DNA from: Gammaproteobacteria bacterium
Lineage (GTDB): Bacteria > Pseudomonadota > Gammaproteobacteria > CBDBNL01 > JAAOII01
DNA length: 64,000 nucleotides
Assembly (NCBI GenBank): GCA_965209035.1
Contig: OZ242372.1
Span: forward strand, 1,792,001-1,856,000
Reading direction: 5' to 3'
Position numbers and translations under genes: made by a program. Shown here one piece after another: positions 11,418-23,490 of the stretch. Below the pieces are notes generated by a model that saw nothing but the letters and a program-made list of their open reading frames with translations, made no database searches and was not told where the DNA came from. Each line of letters begins with the position of its first letter. Position 1 is the stretch's first letter.

Positions 11418-12554
11418 TTAAAGTTTCATTGTATTCCAAGTGTTCGCGATCTGTTGTGCCCGGTTGTAGGATTTGTATATTGCATCGGCAAGTTCGTCCG
11501 ACTTCGCCAGATCGCCCAGGACATCCCCCGTGGCATTGCGTAATTCTTTGAGCAGTTTGTCGGGATATTTGCGTAAGATGACGCCTTCCTCGGCGACCAA
11601 TTGATCCAGAGCAATCGCATTATGATGTTCGCTTTCGCTGAGACCGAGAATGTTTTCGGCAAGACAGGCTGCTTTGACTGCGAATTGCAAGTCTTGTGGC
11701 AAGGACGCATAGGCATTCTTATTGATTAAGCACTCGGCCGAGCCGTTGGGCTCGTGAAATCCCGGATAATAGTAGTATTTTGCCGCCTTGTGCAGGCCAT
11801 AAGCACGATCATGCCAGGGACCCAGCAACTCGGCCGCATCAATCAACCGCCCCCTCAAGGAGGTAAATACTTCGCCCGGGGCAAGGGTCACCGGGATAGC
11901 GCCGAGTTGGCGGACAACCAATCCCGCGAGTCCCGGCATACGCATCCGCAGCCCTTTCAAAGGATTTTGTACGGTTGCGTCCAAAGGTCGCTTAAACCAG
12001 CCACCCATACTCGGTCCCGTGTTGCCGGCGGCGAAGGCACGCAATCCAAAGTTCGCATATAACCTGTCCCAGAGTTCTTGCCCGCCGCCGTGTTCCAACC
12101 ATGCCTGATGCGCGGTCGGGGACAACCCAAACGGCACAGTGGTGAAGTAAGCGGCCGAAGGTGTTTTGCCTTGCCAGAAAAAAGAAGCCGTGTGTCCCAG
12201 TTCCGCGGTTCCAAGCCGGACAGCATCAAATACTTCCAAGGGGCCAACCAGGGCGCCGGCCGGATAAACCTCCGCAGTGAGCCTGCCGCCGGTCAGCGCG
12301 GAAATGCGGTCGGCGAGACGCTGAGCTGTCCTGCCGGTACCGGGCGCGTCTTTGGGCCAGGATGTAATCATTTTCCAACGCAGCTTGATATGCTTTTGGG
12401 TATCTTTTGTCCCGCCCGATTTGGCGTCGGTGGCGGGGGGCTTGGGCTTTGTTAGGGGTTGAGATTTGGACGGCAAGGACCGGGCACCGAGCAGATAACC
12501 GACTCCGGCCGCAACAGTTATCGCCGCGGCCGTCAAGAACTTTCTGCGCTTCAT
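11418..12554 (-). CDS. TRAP transporter substrate-binding protein (DctP/TakP type, Tat signal)
   Basis: MKRRKFL twin-arginine signal, WKMITSWP, GNTGPSMGGWF, LRMRMPGL, YYYPGFHEP. Confidence 0.9.
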   Translation of the reverse strand: MKRRKFLTAAAITVAAGVGYLLGARSLPSKSQPLTKPKPPATDAKSGGTKDTQKHIKLRWKMITSWPKDAPGTGRTAQRLADRISALTGGRLTAEVYPAGALVGPLEVFDAVRLGTAELGHTASFFWQGKTPSAAYFTTVPFGLSPTAHQAWLEHGGGQELWDRLYANFGLRAFAAGNTGPSMGGWFKRPLDATVQNPLKGLRMRMPGLAGLVVRQLGAIPVTLAPGEVFTSLRGRLIDAAELLGPWHDRAYGLHKAAKYYYYPGFHEPNGSAECLINKNAYASLPQDLQFAVKAACLAENILGLSESEHHNAIALDQLVAEEGVILRKYPDKLLKELRNATGDVLGDLAKSDELADAIYKSYNRAQQIANTWNTMKL

Positions 12555-12763
12555 TACTTCTATTTTAGACAAGTCGCAGTTGTATTTGCATTGTTTCGGT
12601 GATTCTTCCAATGATTTTTTGTTTGGCTTAAAAAGAGTTCTATTTTTTTGGTATTTTGAAGAGAGAGCAAGTATAATAAAGGCAACTAATATTGTTATTT
12701 TCCGAAAGCGATTGCAATCAAAGCGAGTAAGAAAAAGTACTATTAAATAAAAAATAATTATAA

Positions 12764-14922
<2,159 letters not shown>

Positions 14923-14950
14923 CGTTGTTTGCAAACTTCGGCGGTTCTGC

Positions 14951-15643
14951 TTAGCCCGTAACGCGCACTCGTTTGGAGCCGGCTACTGTCTGTTTGCGCT
15001 CGGCTGCCAGTTTTTGCTGTTCCCTCAATATGTTGTAGCCGGCGATTAAGAAACCCAAAACAATAAAGCCGCCGGGAGGCAAAATAAGAAGCAGAAACCC
15101 GTCATAGTTTGGCAAGGAGAACCCCCGAAAGGGCTCGCCGCCCGTCAAAAAGTGCATATCCGCAAACAACTTGCCGGCACCCATTAGTTCCCGCAGACTG
15201 CCGAGCAGGACAAGAACCATCGCAAAGCCGAGCCCGTTGTAAAGTCCGTCCAAAAGTGCCTTGGTCGGGGAGTTACGCGAAGCAAAGGCTTCGGCACGCC
15301 CCAGGATGATGCAGTTGGTGACAATCAGGGGTAAGAAAATACCAAGTTTGTTATGCAGTTCAACGGAAAGGGAGTGAATTAATAACTCCACACAGGTGAC
15401 CAAAGAGGAAATGAGAAGAACATACACGGGCAAGCGGGCGGTGGCGGGTATGCGGGGAGCACACAAGGACACGGTTAAATTGGACAGAACCAAAACAAAC
15501 ATCGTGGCAACGCCGAGACTGAGGCTATTGACAAAACCGGTGCTTACCGCAAGCAGCGGACACAAACCGAGAACCTGAACCAGGGCGGGATTGTTAAGCC
15601 ACAGACCGTCCAAAAGGATGTGCTTGTGTTCGCCGCTCATCAT
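14951..15643 (-). CDS. rsxE: Rnf/Rsx electron transport complex subunit E
   Basis: NNPALVQVLGLCPLLAVS, PLIVTNCIILGRAEAFA, LPPGGF. Confidence 0.95.
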   Translation of the reverse strand: MMSGEHKHILLDGLWLNNPALVQVLGLCPLLAVSTGFVNSLSLGVATMFVLVLSNLTVSLCAPRIPATARLPVYVLLISSLVTCVELLIHSLSVELHNKLGIFLPLIVTNCIILGRAEAFASRNSPTKALLDGLYNGLGFAMVLVLLGSLRELMGAGKLFADMHFLTGGEPFRGFSLPNYDGFLLLILPPGGFIVLGFLIAGYNILREQQKLAAERKQTVAGSKRVRVTG

Positions 15644-16896
15644 AGGGTTGTTTTTGCCTTGTTTGTCTCGGATGCTTTGAACGGAAGGGTTAATCCGAGT
15701 TTTTCGGTCAGCCTTAGTGCGGCAAGAATACTCGCATTAAAAGAAGAAGTTTGATAATTGAGGTAGTCGCCCGCATGCCATATGTTGCCTTTCCCCTGCA
15801 CTCGGTCCAAGAGTTTAAGCGATTGCAAGGTGGCAATATCCGTGCCGAGACATCTGCGGGTGCCTTGCCAGTGCACCTGATCTTTTGCGGGTTCTTTGGT
15901 CGGATTAAGCGACAACCAGTGATTGGCGGGCATATTTTGTAGAAAATTTATGTTGTAATGGTAAGAGAAGTGCGATTCTTGGCGAACCGGATACTGGCTG
16001 ATGTGAAAGGCATATTGGCTGTCGCGATTGGGACGCCGGCCGACAGATTTCGGCAGAATACTTCTGTCCGAATGCACATAAGAACGCATGTGCGTATAAC
16101 GCATCTTGCAGAAAATAGAATTCTCCTCATCGGATAAAGGATGAATCAGGCGTTGCATCTCGTCCAGATCGCATGTCAGAATGACCTTGTCATAGGCGTG
16201 TTTTTTGCCATTTTCTTCCCGAACATAAGTGCCTGCCGAGTTTCGAATGATTTGTTTAACCGGGCGGGCGGGAAAAAATTTCCAATCTCCCTTAAATAAC
16301 AGACGGCGAGTATAGGCAGCCGGTCCTTCATACAAGCAGCGGGCTGTGGGATCTGCCAGAAGAAGACTCAAGAATTCCAAACAGTCATCCGCGGGCAACC
16401 GGTCTATCTCGCCTTGCGGATACTGCCATAGTGCCCCCAGTATTGCCGGAATCGGGTGGCCTTGTGACGGGGTTGCAATATTCAAGCCGCGCATCAGTTG
16501 TTTTAGTTGTATGCTTTTCGGGCGATTTGCCGGTGGCATCTGTGTTTGTCGGATAATTTTTTTGAAGTCCGCTTTTATCCGCTGTTTTGTCAAAGGAAAG
16601 GTTCCTTCAAAAAGCAGATCCCGAAGCAGTTTCCCATCCGATTTAAACCTGCCGGATGCGTCTTCGTAAGCATAAGCAAGGTGGCGAGGCTCTGTGTATA
16701 AACCGAGATAATCGTATAACGTGTGAATTTGGCGGTGATAGGCGGGGAAAAAATAAAAACTCTGCCCCGGTTTTGAATAAGTGTAATCGGGTTGGAGTTC
16801 ATACACATGTGTTTCCATGCCGCCGACCGAACATAGCCAAGCAAGCGTCAGCCCCGCCGAACCTGCACCAACAATTGCCACTTTGGGGGTGCTCAT
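15640..16896 (-). CDS. FAD/NAD-binding oxidoreductase (amine-oxidase-like, divergent)
   Basis: VAIVGAGSAGL Rossmann motif, HSDRSILP, QGKGNIWHAGDY. Confidence 0.7.
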   Translation of the reverse strand: MSTPKVAIVGAGSAGLTLAWLCSVGGMETHVYELQPDYTYSKPGQSFYFFPAYHRQIHTLYDYLGLYTEPRHLAYAYEDASGRFKSDGKLLRDLLFEGTFPLTKQRIKADFKKIIRQTQMPPANRPKSIQLKQLMRGLNIATPSQGHPIPAILGALWQYPQGEIDRLPADDCLEFLSLLLADPTARCLYEGPAAYTRRLLFKGDWKFFPARPVKQIIRNSAGTYVREENGKKHAYDKVILTCDLDEMQRLIHPLSDEENSIFCKMRYTHMRSYVHSDRSILPKSVGRRPNRDSQYAFHISQYPVRQESHFSYHYNINFLQNMPANHWLSLNPTKEPAKDQVHWQGTRRCLGTDIATLQSLKLLDRVQGKGNIWHAGDYLNYQTSSFNASILAALRLTEKLGLTLPFKASETNKAKTTL

Positions 16897-16958
16897 ACTA
16901 ATGTAATTTTTTGGTTAGCTTTGTGTTGTATCCGATTTTCCCGTCAAAAAATAAAAAA

Positions 16959-17042
16959 TGCCGAAGGCCGGACTTGAACCGGCACGACCATTCGGTCACT
17001 ACCCCCTCAAGATAGCGTGTCTACCAATTCCACCACTTCGGC
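16959..17042 (-). tRNA. tRNA-Leu(GAG)
   Basis: Reverse complement GCCGAAGTGGTGGAATTGGTAGACACG...CTATC-TTGAGGG-GGTAG...GGTTCAAGTCC...CTTCGGCA. Lies downstream of secG, as is usual. Confidence 0.96.
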
Positions 17043-17076
17043 TTTTTTGTGGAAATATTTCTTTCGGGAGTCCCGC

Positions 17077-17439
17077 TCAGGGAGACGGATTATTTTGTCC
17101 TTCTTCCGTCCCTTGTCCTTCTTGGTTTTCGTCAAAACCGGGTAAGGGGAGGTCAAATTCCCGTTCTTCCTGTTGTTGGCGAATAACATCCGGGTCTATG
17201 TCGCCGACACCGAGTTGCTTGCGGGCAATGATGCTAAGCCCGAGACTGGTTACAAAGAAAAAAAGTGCAAGACCTGCGGTCAACTTGGCAAGGATACTAA
17301 AACTGCCTCGGCTGCCAAAAAATGTGTCCGAAGCGCCACCGCCCAAGGCACCTGTGCCGCCGCGCCCCTGCTGAATGAGAACCAGGGCAACAATAGAAAC
17401 GGCTGTTATGATGTGTGCGGCAATAATAAATGATTGCAT
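17077..17439 (-). CDS. secG: Preprotein translocase subunit SecG
   Basis: LVLIQQGRG...GGGASDTFFGSRGS..LAKLT..LALFFFVTSLGL. Confidence 0.93.
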   Translation of the reverse strand: MQSFIIAAHIITAVSIVALVLIQQGRGGTGALGGGASDTFFGSRGSFSILAKLTAGLALFFFVTSLGLSIIARKQLGVGDIDPDVIRQQQEEREFDLPLPGFDENQEGQGTEEGQNNPSP

Positions 17440-17671
17440 GATGTCAATATGAGGTTAGTATGATATCCGCATCCGCATGCCCGGCAACCCCGCCCGCCTA
17501 AAAGCACACGCTTGGTTGCGTTTTATTGGGCTGTTTGCCATGCCATGCCGACAATGTGTATCGTTTTTATGGGTTTCCAAATCTTTCATAAACTCATTTT
17601 AGCACTCTTTGGTTGTTTTTGTTTACTCGGACGGGGAAAATAAGGCGGGTTGTGGGAGTTTTTTATTTTTC

Positions 17672-17816
17672 AAACTTTATTACGGATATTCTTATTCAAG
17701 TTTTGCGTAAAAAACTTTATTATGGAACTTCTTATTTAAGTTTCTTCCCGGAAACTTTATTATAGAAATCCTTGTTTAAGTTTCTCCCTTGAAACTTTAT
17801 TATGAATCTTCGTGTT
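17672..17816. repeat. Tandem array with 40-bp period (about 3.6 units), each starting AAACTTTATTA
   Basis: Unit starts at 17672, 17712, 17752 and 17792. Units 1-3 contain AAACTT-N20-AAGTTT inverted ends. Confidence 0.9.
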
Positions 17817-17825
17817 TTATCCACA
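17817..17825 (+). promoter_or_regulatory. Perfect DnaA-box sequence TTATCCACA
   Basis: Exact consensus match. It is a single box, so function is unproven. Confidence 0.35.
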
Positions 17826-18172
17826 GGTGGCGTCCGTAGTATCCCAAGCACTTCATTTTCATATATACCGCACATATTGCATGCCTGTTGCGGGATCTAT
17901 TTTGTCCCTATGCGGGTATGCGGAAGGATGGTTGGTTTGGAAAGAGAGTGCCGGAACTTTTCTAAGATTATTAATTTTGGTGTGGGAATGGGGTGAGTTG
18001 GTTAGTTTTTTATTTTTAGGTCAGTATAATTTTAAATATTCTCATTTAATAGATCTTTTACAAGTATGAGAGATTCAAGAGATGAGAAAGACCTGAGAAT
18101 AGGTAAACTTATAAAGTTTAAGCTTTGTCATTGATCATTAAAGTATGGTCAAGAAAAGTTAGGAGGTAAAAT

Positions 18173-18323
18173 ATGTCTATATATGTCAGTAAATGCAAGA
18201 AAAAACGGCTATGTTGTTCGTTCAATATTTTCAGAAGGAAGGTTCTATCAGCCGGTGCGTTTTTTTCTGCATCTAATAAAGGAATATGAATTCCTTTTCA
18301 ATCATAGAAGTGAAAGCTTATAA
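18173..18323 (+). pseudogene. Short IS1595-family (ISPna2-like) transposase C-terminal remnant
   Basis: After a T7 run, one frame reads FLHLIKEYEFLFNHRSESL*, resembling the F(Y)LHLKECEFRFNHR motif. AGGAGG and an ATG lie upstream in a different frame. Confidence 0.55.
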
Positions 18324-18383
18324 AAATAAAATAAAAATTGACGAGAGAAAAACTTCTTAGATTTTCTTAACAATAAAGTCATT

Positions 18384-19613
18384 ATGAAAAAGCATACGCC
18401 TTTAATAGAAGAGTTGTTTGAAAAGAATTATCAACTAATTGATGGAACAGATGAAATTTTTGAGTTAGACTTGGCTTTATGGGAATACGAAGTGTTGTCA
18501 AAAAAGGCATTAATTGAAAGAAGTGCTTATTTCAAGTTAGTTGATAAAAAAGAAACCACTCATTTCAAAACATGTAATCTTCAAAATCTTGAAGAGGTTC
18601 ATAAAAATAGCTCATTTAGAACAAAAGTTTTCTTTTTAGACGGTAAGTATTCCACAGGCTATGCAACGCACAGCCTTTTTCCTTATCGTGGAAAATTTCA
18701 TCCTCAATTAATACGAGCGTTGTTGAATATTATTAATATAAAGCCCGGGCAGATGGTTCTTGATCCGATGGCAGGAAGTTCCACGCTGAGCGTGGAAGCC
18801 AACTTACTTGGTATTGATGCTATTTCAGTAGATTTGAGTCCGTTTTGCGAACTAATGGGAAGAGTTAAGACATTTGCGTTAAATTTAGATATTACGATTT
18901 TAGAATCCATAATCAAAAGGCCAACAGAAATTTTAGAAAAATTAAAAAAAGATAAAGTGCCGGAGTACTTTATAAATAAGAAGGATGACAGTAAGAAGGG
19001 TTACTACGAAATAGTTTTATTGGCTTTTTTAGATACAATGGGATTTGCGAGTCGTAGTAGTTCTTCTATTGATAAACTTTTTCCGCGTGTATTGGAACGA
19101 TACATTTCAACAATAAAGTATTTTCAAGAAGCAAGACAAAAGATGAATTTAAAAATTGGTGAAAGTAAGATCATACAAGGCAGTGCTTTGAAATTGCCTA
19201 TCGGTGACGATAGTGTGGATGCAATAATTACTTCACCGCCTTATTCTTTTGCTATTGATTACTTAAGGAATGATCAACCACAATTGGAATATCTCGGCTA
19301 TGATCTTGAAGTTTTGAGACAAAATATGGTCGGATTGCAGGGACGGGGAGTAGAAAATAAGTTAGAAATTTACTTTGATAAAATAAATCTGGCACTTGGT
19401 GAAATGAAGCGAGTTTCGAAGAAAAACTCTTCAATCATTATAATCATCGGCACAAATGATATTCAAACAAAGGGTGTGAGATTGGAAACGAAAGTAATTG
19501 AACTTGGAGAAAAACATGGTCTTAAGTTTGAGTTTAATTTGAAAAAACCGATTCGTGGGTTACAAAATACAATGAAGGAGGAGTCAATATTATTTTTTGC
19601 AAATCAAAAATAA
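18384..19613 (+). CDS. DNA methyltransferase, probably N4-cytosine (motif I before SPPY)
   Basis: THSLFPYRGKFHPQL, LDPMAGSST, ITSPPY. Confidence 0.88.
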   Translation: MKKHTPLIEELFEKNYQLIDGTDEIFELDLALWEYEVLSKKALIERSAYFKLVDKKETTHFKTCNLQNLEEVHKNSSFRTKVFFLDGKYSTGYATHSLFPYRGKFHPQLIRALLNIINIKPGQMVLDPMAGSSTLSVEANLLGIDAISVDLSPFCELMGRVKTFALNLDITILESIIKRPTEILEKLKKDKVPEYFINKKDDSKKGYYEIVLLAFLDTMGFASRSSSSIDKLFPRVLERYISTIKYFQEARQKMNLKIGESKIIQGSALKLPIGDDSVDAIITSPPYSFAIDYLRNDQPQLEYLGYDLEVLRQNMVGLQGRGVENKLEIYFDKINLALGEMKRVSKKNSSIIIIIGTNDIQTKGVRLETKVIELGEKHGLKFEFNLKKPIRGLQNTMKEESILFFANQK

Positions 19614-19614
19614 C

Positions 19615-20607
19615 ATGATGAGAGAGCCAAAACTCACCACTGAATTAAAGTTTAAGACAGTCATCGATAAAAATACTTTCTATTTTTTTAATCCTGTTTT
19701 TGAAGAAAAATACGAAGGTTATTTAAATTCCATAAAGGAAATACTTTTAATATTGAAAAACAACATTGAAACAGAGGGGCTAAAAAAAGTATTTTTTGAA
19801 CAACTATTGCTTGAAAAAGAAAACGGTCTTAGGGCTCTGCTTGCTTTAACCGGACTTTCAAATGAAACTTTAAAAAGACTGACTACAATAATCAGAGTTG
19901 TGAATGACCCGGAATTAAGTAAATTAGTTTATAAGGACAAGTGGTTTCAAGATGAAAATATAGATAATTTGAAAGAGTGGTCGGATACTCAAATTACAAA
20001 ATTTATCAAAGAAAATACTTTTTTCAGAAAAGGGATTATAAACATTTTTTTTGAAGGGTCAACCATACCACTTCTAATAAAAACCATACCGCTATTTGAG
20101 TTGAAAAAGCTGAGTATTTCAAAACTTAAGTTTGAATTGCCGGAAATAATTGATACTTTGATCCGTTACAAAGAAAAAGGAAGTTATTCCGGCATGAAAG
20201 AGAATAACCCGGAAATTTTAATTGAAGAAATTTTGAATGATTTGGATATACCTTTTGAAAAAGGTGATCTCAGTGAATTGATAGACAATGCTCCCGATAA
20301 TAAAAGAACGATGGATTTCATTATACCAAACAAACAAAACCCATTAATTATTGCGGAGAGTTCGTTTTTGGTGACAACTTCATCCGGTCAAGGTGATAAA
20401 TCCAAAACAGAAATTTCCATAGATTCACTTATTAAGACTCACTATCCAAAAGCAAAATTCATTGGTTTTGTTGACGGCGTTGGTTGGTATGTTAGAAAAG
20501 GAGATTTAAGAAGAATGGTTACGGCATACGAAGATGTGTTCACCTTCCATCAAAGTGAATTAAGACGATTTAAGAAACTTTTAATTGCAACCTTTCACAG
20601 TAAATAA
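19615..20607 (+). CDS. Type II restriction endonuclease (DpnII-like C-terminal PD-(D/E)xK fold)
   Basis: KRTMDFIIP...AESSF..TSSGQGDK...FIGFVDGVGW. Lies between two MTase genes. Confidence 0.75.
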   Translation: MMREPKLTTELKFKTVIDKNTFYFFNPVFEEKYEGYLNSIKEILLILKNNIETEGLKKVFFEQLLLEKENGLRALLALTGLSNETLKRLTTIIRVVNDPELSKLVYKDKWFQDENIDNLKEWSDTQITKFIKENTFFRKGIINIFFEGSTIPLLIKTIPLFELKKLSISKLKFELPEIIDTLIRYKEKGSYSGMKENNPEILIEEILNDLDIPFEKGDLSELIDNAPDNKRTMDFIIPNKQNPLIIAESSFLVTTSSGQGDKSKTEISIDSLIKTHYPKAKFIGFVDGVGWYVRKGDLRRMVTAYEDVFTFHQSELRRFKKLLIATFHSK

Positions 20608-21512
20608 TGATGACAAATAAACTTTTAGACCAAATTTTTATAGGCGACTGTTTGGAGGTATTAAAAAAAATACCCGATAATTTAGTTGATATGACTTTTG
20701 CTGATCCGCCTTTCAACTTACAGAAAAAATATAACCGCTATGAGGATTCAAAAGGAAAGGATGATTATTTGAATTGGTGTGATGATTGGATGAATGAAAT
20801 GGTTAGAGTTACAAAGCCGGAGGGGACAATTTTCGTTCATAACATTCCTCGTTGGCTTTCTTATTATGCGGAGTGTTTGAATAAGCTCGCTTATTTTAGG
20901 CATTGGATTGCTTGGGATTCCGGGGGTATGCCGTTGGGAAAAACTCTATTGCCTAACCATTATGGAATTTTATACTACACGAAATCAGAATCTTACAAAG
21001 ACTTTAAGTTTTATGATATTAGAGCCCCACATCCGAAATGTCGTTCTTGTCGAGAGTTTTTGAAAGATTACGGCGGCAAAAAGGATCTGGCACATAAATT
21101 TGGTCCCCTTCTATCCGATGCTTGGAACGACATTCACAGACTACGGCATAAAAAGCGAAGAGATGAACATCCTTGCCAGCTTCCCGTTCCTTTGCTTGAA
21201 CGGTTAATCTTAATGACAACGGATGAGGGCGATGTTGTCCTTGATCCTTTTATGGGAACCGGAACAACCGCAGTTGCTGCCAAACAATTAGGCCGCAAGT
21301 ATATAGGCATAGAACTTGATCCTAATTATGTGGAAATTGCGAATAACAATATAAAATCAGCCCAACAAACAAAAATCAACGATTATTTTGTTTCTGTTTA
21401 TCTGGGACATATTAGAACGATGCGGGATAAAGACTTTCCGGGGATTTGGAGAGATGAAAGCGAACAGGGATTGTTGGTTGAAAAGAGACATAAAATTACC
21501 GCTGTTATTTAA
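20607..21512 (+). CDS. Beta-class N4/N6 DNA methyltransferase
   Basis: GDCLEVL, ADPPFN, HPCQLP..LLERLI, VLDPFMGTGTT. Confidence 0.92.
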   Translation: MMTNKLLDQIFIGDCLEVLKKIPDNLVDMTFADPPFNLQKKYNRYEDSKGKDDYLNWCDDWMNEMVRVTKPEGTIFVHNIPRWLSYYAECLNKLAYFRHWIAWDSGGMPLGKTLLPNHYGILYYTKSESYKDFKFYDIRAPHPKCRSCREFLKDYGGKKDLAHKFGPLLSDAWNDIHRLRHKKRRDEHPCQLPVPLLERLILMTTDEGDVVLDPFMGTGTTAVAAKQLGRKYIGIELDPNYVEIANNNIKSAQQTKINDYFVSVYLGHIRTMRDKDFPGIWRDESEQGLLVEKRHKITAVI

Positions 21513-21554
21513 CGGATGGTTATGTTCATCAAGAATAAAATCCAATATTGCATG

Positions 21555-21998
21555 ATCTCATAAAGGTTCTGGACTCTGAGTTTGGCATTGTGTGCCCTCA
21601 GATCGAAGATCCTGCAGTTCTGTCGGACAGGGCGAATAGAAAGCCGGCAAGCGGTCTAATGTGTGCGGAGAAGATCCCAAAACCGGGTGGGATTATATGT
21701 TTTATATATAGCGAAACAATATTTTTTATAAACCCCGAATTGCCCATATAATCTTAAGACATAATCTAGTGCTTTTATTGAAAAAGACTAAAAATCTAAA
21801 ATTTTTTATAGACAAAAATATGTAACCCCGGAAAGTTTTTGGACTCTGAGTTGGGCATTATTGATGGTGCGTCCTCAGATTAAAAAGCAGGTTTTTACAA
21901 AACACAAAGATCCTAAAACCGGGTGGGATTGTATTGTATATTGGCACAATATTTTTTATAAACCCCGGATTGCCCATATAATCTTAAGACATAATAAT
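21555..21998 (+). repeat. Imperfect tandem duplication (about 21555-21767 and 21824-21998), each unit starting with a dispersed hairpin element
   Basis: Both units contain GGACTCTGAG...CCTCAGAT, AAAACCGGGTGGGATT and CAATATTTTTTATAAACCCCG(A/G)ATTGCCCATATAATCTTAAGACATAAT. Confidence 0.9.
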
Positions 21999-22059
21999 CT
22001 TGTAAGATGATTTTGTCCGCAGGTATCCTGTACCAACCTAACCGCTCATTCACCGATTA

Positions 22060-23304
22060 ATGAGATATTGCTTTTATTTTCTGTTTCGGAGAATTTATAT
22101 TCTGCCAACTCTTTTGTTTCTTTCTTCTTGTGCCACTTCTTCCAATCTTTGTGAAGGGTTTACGGACTGGGTGGAGCCGACGCGTGCCGAATATTTTCCC
22201 AAACATCGCGTTTATCCGTTGAATGCCGAACACCGTCGGTTGGCTTTGCGGTATCAGCCTCGCCTAGTGATGCACCCGCAGGGGACACCGCCGATTGATT
22301 TTGCGGATTATCTCAAAGATGCGGAACTGGTTGCATATGGCAATGATGATGGCGATGATAGCGGCGAATCTTTGAATATCGGGCGACTGAAAAGGATGTC
22401 TTACGAGGAGCAGTGCCAGACCTATATCAAAGCAAAAAGCGATACGGTTGTTTCGCGCCCGCCTTATCCGTGGTATGTTCAGGTATTTGCCGATGAGGGA
22501 CCGGGGGGCGAGAGCGACTGGCTTTACTTGAAATACAACATTGTGTTTGATTGGAGCGGGCTGGCACAACACATTAGTCCTTCGGCAAAGGTCGGCGTGC
22601 GTTTTCTGGGAGCCACGCCGGACAAGTGGCACAGATTGGATGTGCATACCGCCGTCGTGATTGGTTTGGATGACAAGAGGCGGCAAAGGCTGATTACGAT
22701 TTCACAGCACAATTACGCCCGCACCTACTTGGCGGGTCCCGAATTTGATGCCGGCCAACCCGTCACGATTGCAATTGCTTTGCGAAGCAACGAACCTTAT
22801 CTTGACAAGTCGGGCGGCACCAACGGCAAGCAATTGGAACGGGTCGTGCGTTTTTATAATGATTTGCCTTATCTGATTACGGGAGAGAATCGACCGCGTT
22901 ATAGCGGCCATGACGAGATTGCGGGCGTGAATTCGGGAGGAGTGCCTTTGGAAATGCGCTTGGAATTTATTTCCCCCGATTATCCACTGGCATCTTATGC
23001 GGGATTACTTGCCCCGCCGCAGAGGCTGTTCGGCAGTATCTATATCGGTCGCGACGGGCCCATGGGCTATGACTATTTCGCGCCGCCGTCCGCATTTAAG
23101 ATGCCGCGCGGTGCCTCTCTCGGTTATTGGCAGCCGGGTAATCGCTTGTTATTGGAGGAATTGCAACCTGTGATGGAAAGGATGAAAAGTTTTCGCAGCG
23201 AAGAAGATACTTGGAATTCCTTGCTGGATATTTTGGAACGCAACCTGGCGGAAGATCTGCTTAACTATCTGGGATTGGTTGCGGAACAAACAAAGATAAA
23301 CTAA
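22060..23304 (+). CDS. Hypothetical lipoprotein
   Basis: 414-aa ORF with lipobox LFLSSC. No family recognised. Confidence 0.7.
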   Translation: MRYCFYFLFRRIYILPTLLFLSSCATSSNLCEGFTDWVEPTRAEYFPKHRVYPLNAEHRRLALRYQPRLVMHPQGTPPIDFADYLKDAELVAYGNDDGDDSGESLNIGRLKRMSYEEQCQTYIKAKSDTVVSRPPYPWYVQVFADEGPGGESDWLYLKYNIVFDWSGLAQHISPSAKVGVRFLGATPDKWHRLDVHTAVVIGLDDKRRQRLITISQHNYARTYLAGPEFDAGQPVTIAIALRSNEPYLDKSGGTNGKQLERVVRFYNDLPYLITGENRPRYSGHDEIAGVNSGGVPLEMRLEFISPDYPLASYAGLLAPPQRLFGSIYIGRDGPMGYDYFAPPSAFKMPRGASLGYWQPGNRLLLEELQPVMERMKSFRSEEDTWNSLLDILERNLAEDLLNYLGLVAEQTKIN

Positions 23305-23310
23305 ACATTA

Positions 23311-23395
23311 AACAAACCGGAAACCGGAAACTGGCAACCAAACAACCGAACTTACAACCAAACTTACAACCGGATTAACAACCGAATTAACAACG
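23311..23395. repeat. Short tandem repeats (AAACCGG; about 12-bp ACAACC(G/A)AA(C/T)T(T/A)) between convergent genes
   Basis: acaaccgaactt acaaccaaactt acaaccggatta acaaccgaatta acaac. Confidence 0.75.
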
Positions 23396-23490
23396 AGGCA
23401 ACTTTGTGTGCGATCCTGCTTTCCCAAGTCGGCAGGCGGATTAATGGATTAATGAATTATGAAGTTGCCGGTTTTAGTTGTTGCTTTATT

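Noticed and set aside
17672-17816. CRISPR array
   Set aside because: The period is only 40 bp with ~8-bp variable parts, the units are degenerate along their length, and no cas genes are in the window.
17600-18100. Chromosomal origin (oriC)
   Set aside because: Only one DnaA box was found, and there is no dnaA, gidA or parAB context.
21548-21751. 67-aa ORF over the hairpin repeat
   Set aside because: The reading frame is not preserved in the other copies, so it is probably non-coding.
21555-21998. Integron attC array
   Set aside because: The hairpins lack RYYYAAC/GTTRRRY ends and no intI is in the window. Kept as an unclassified hairpin family instead.
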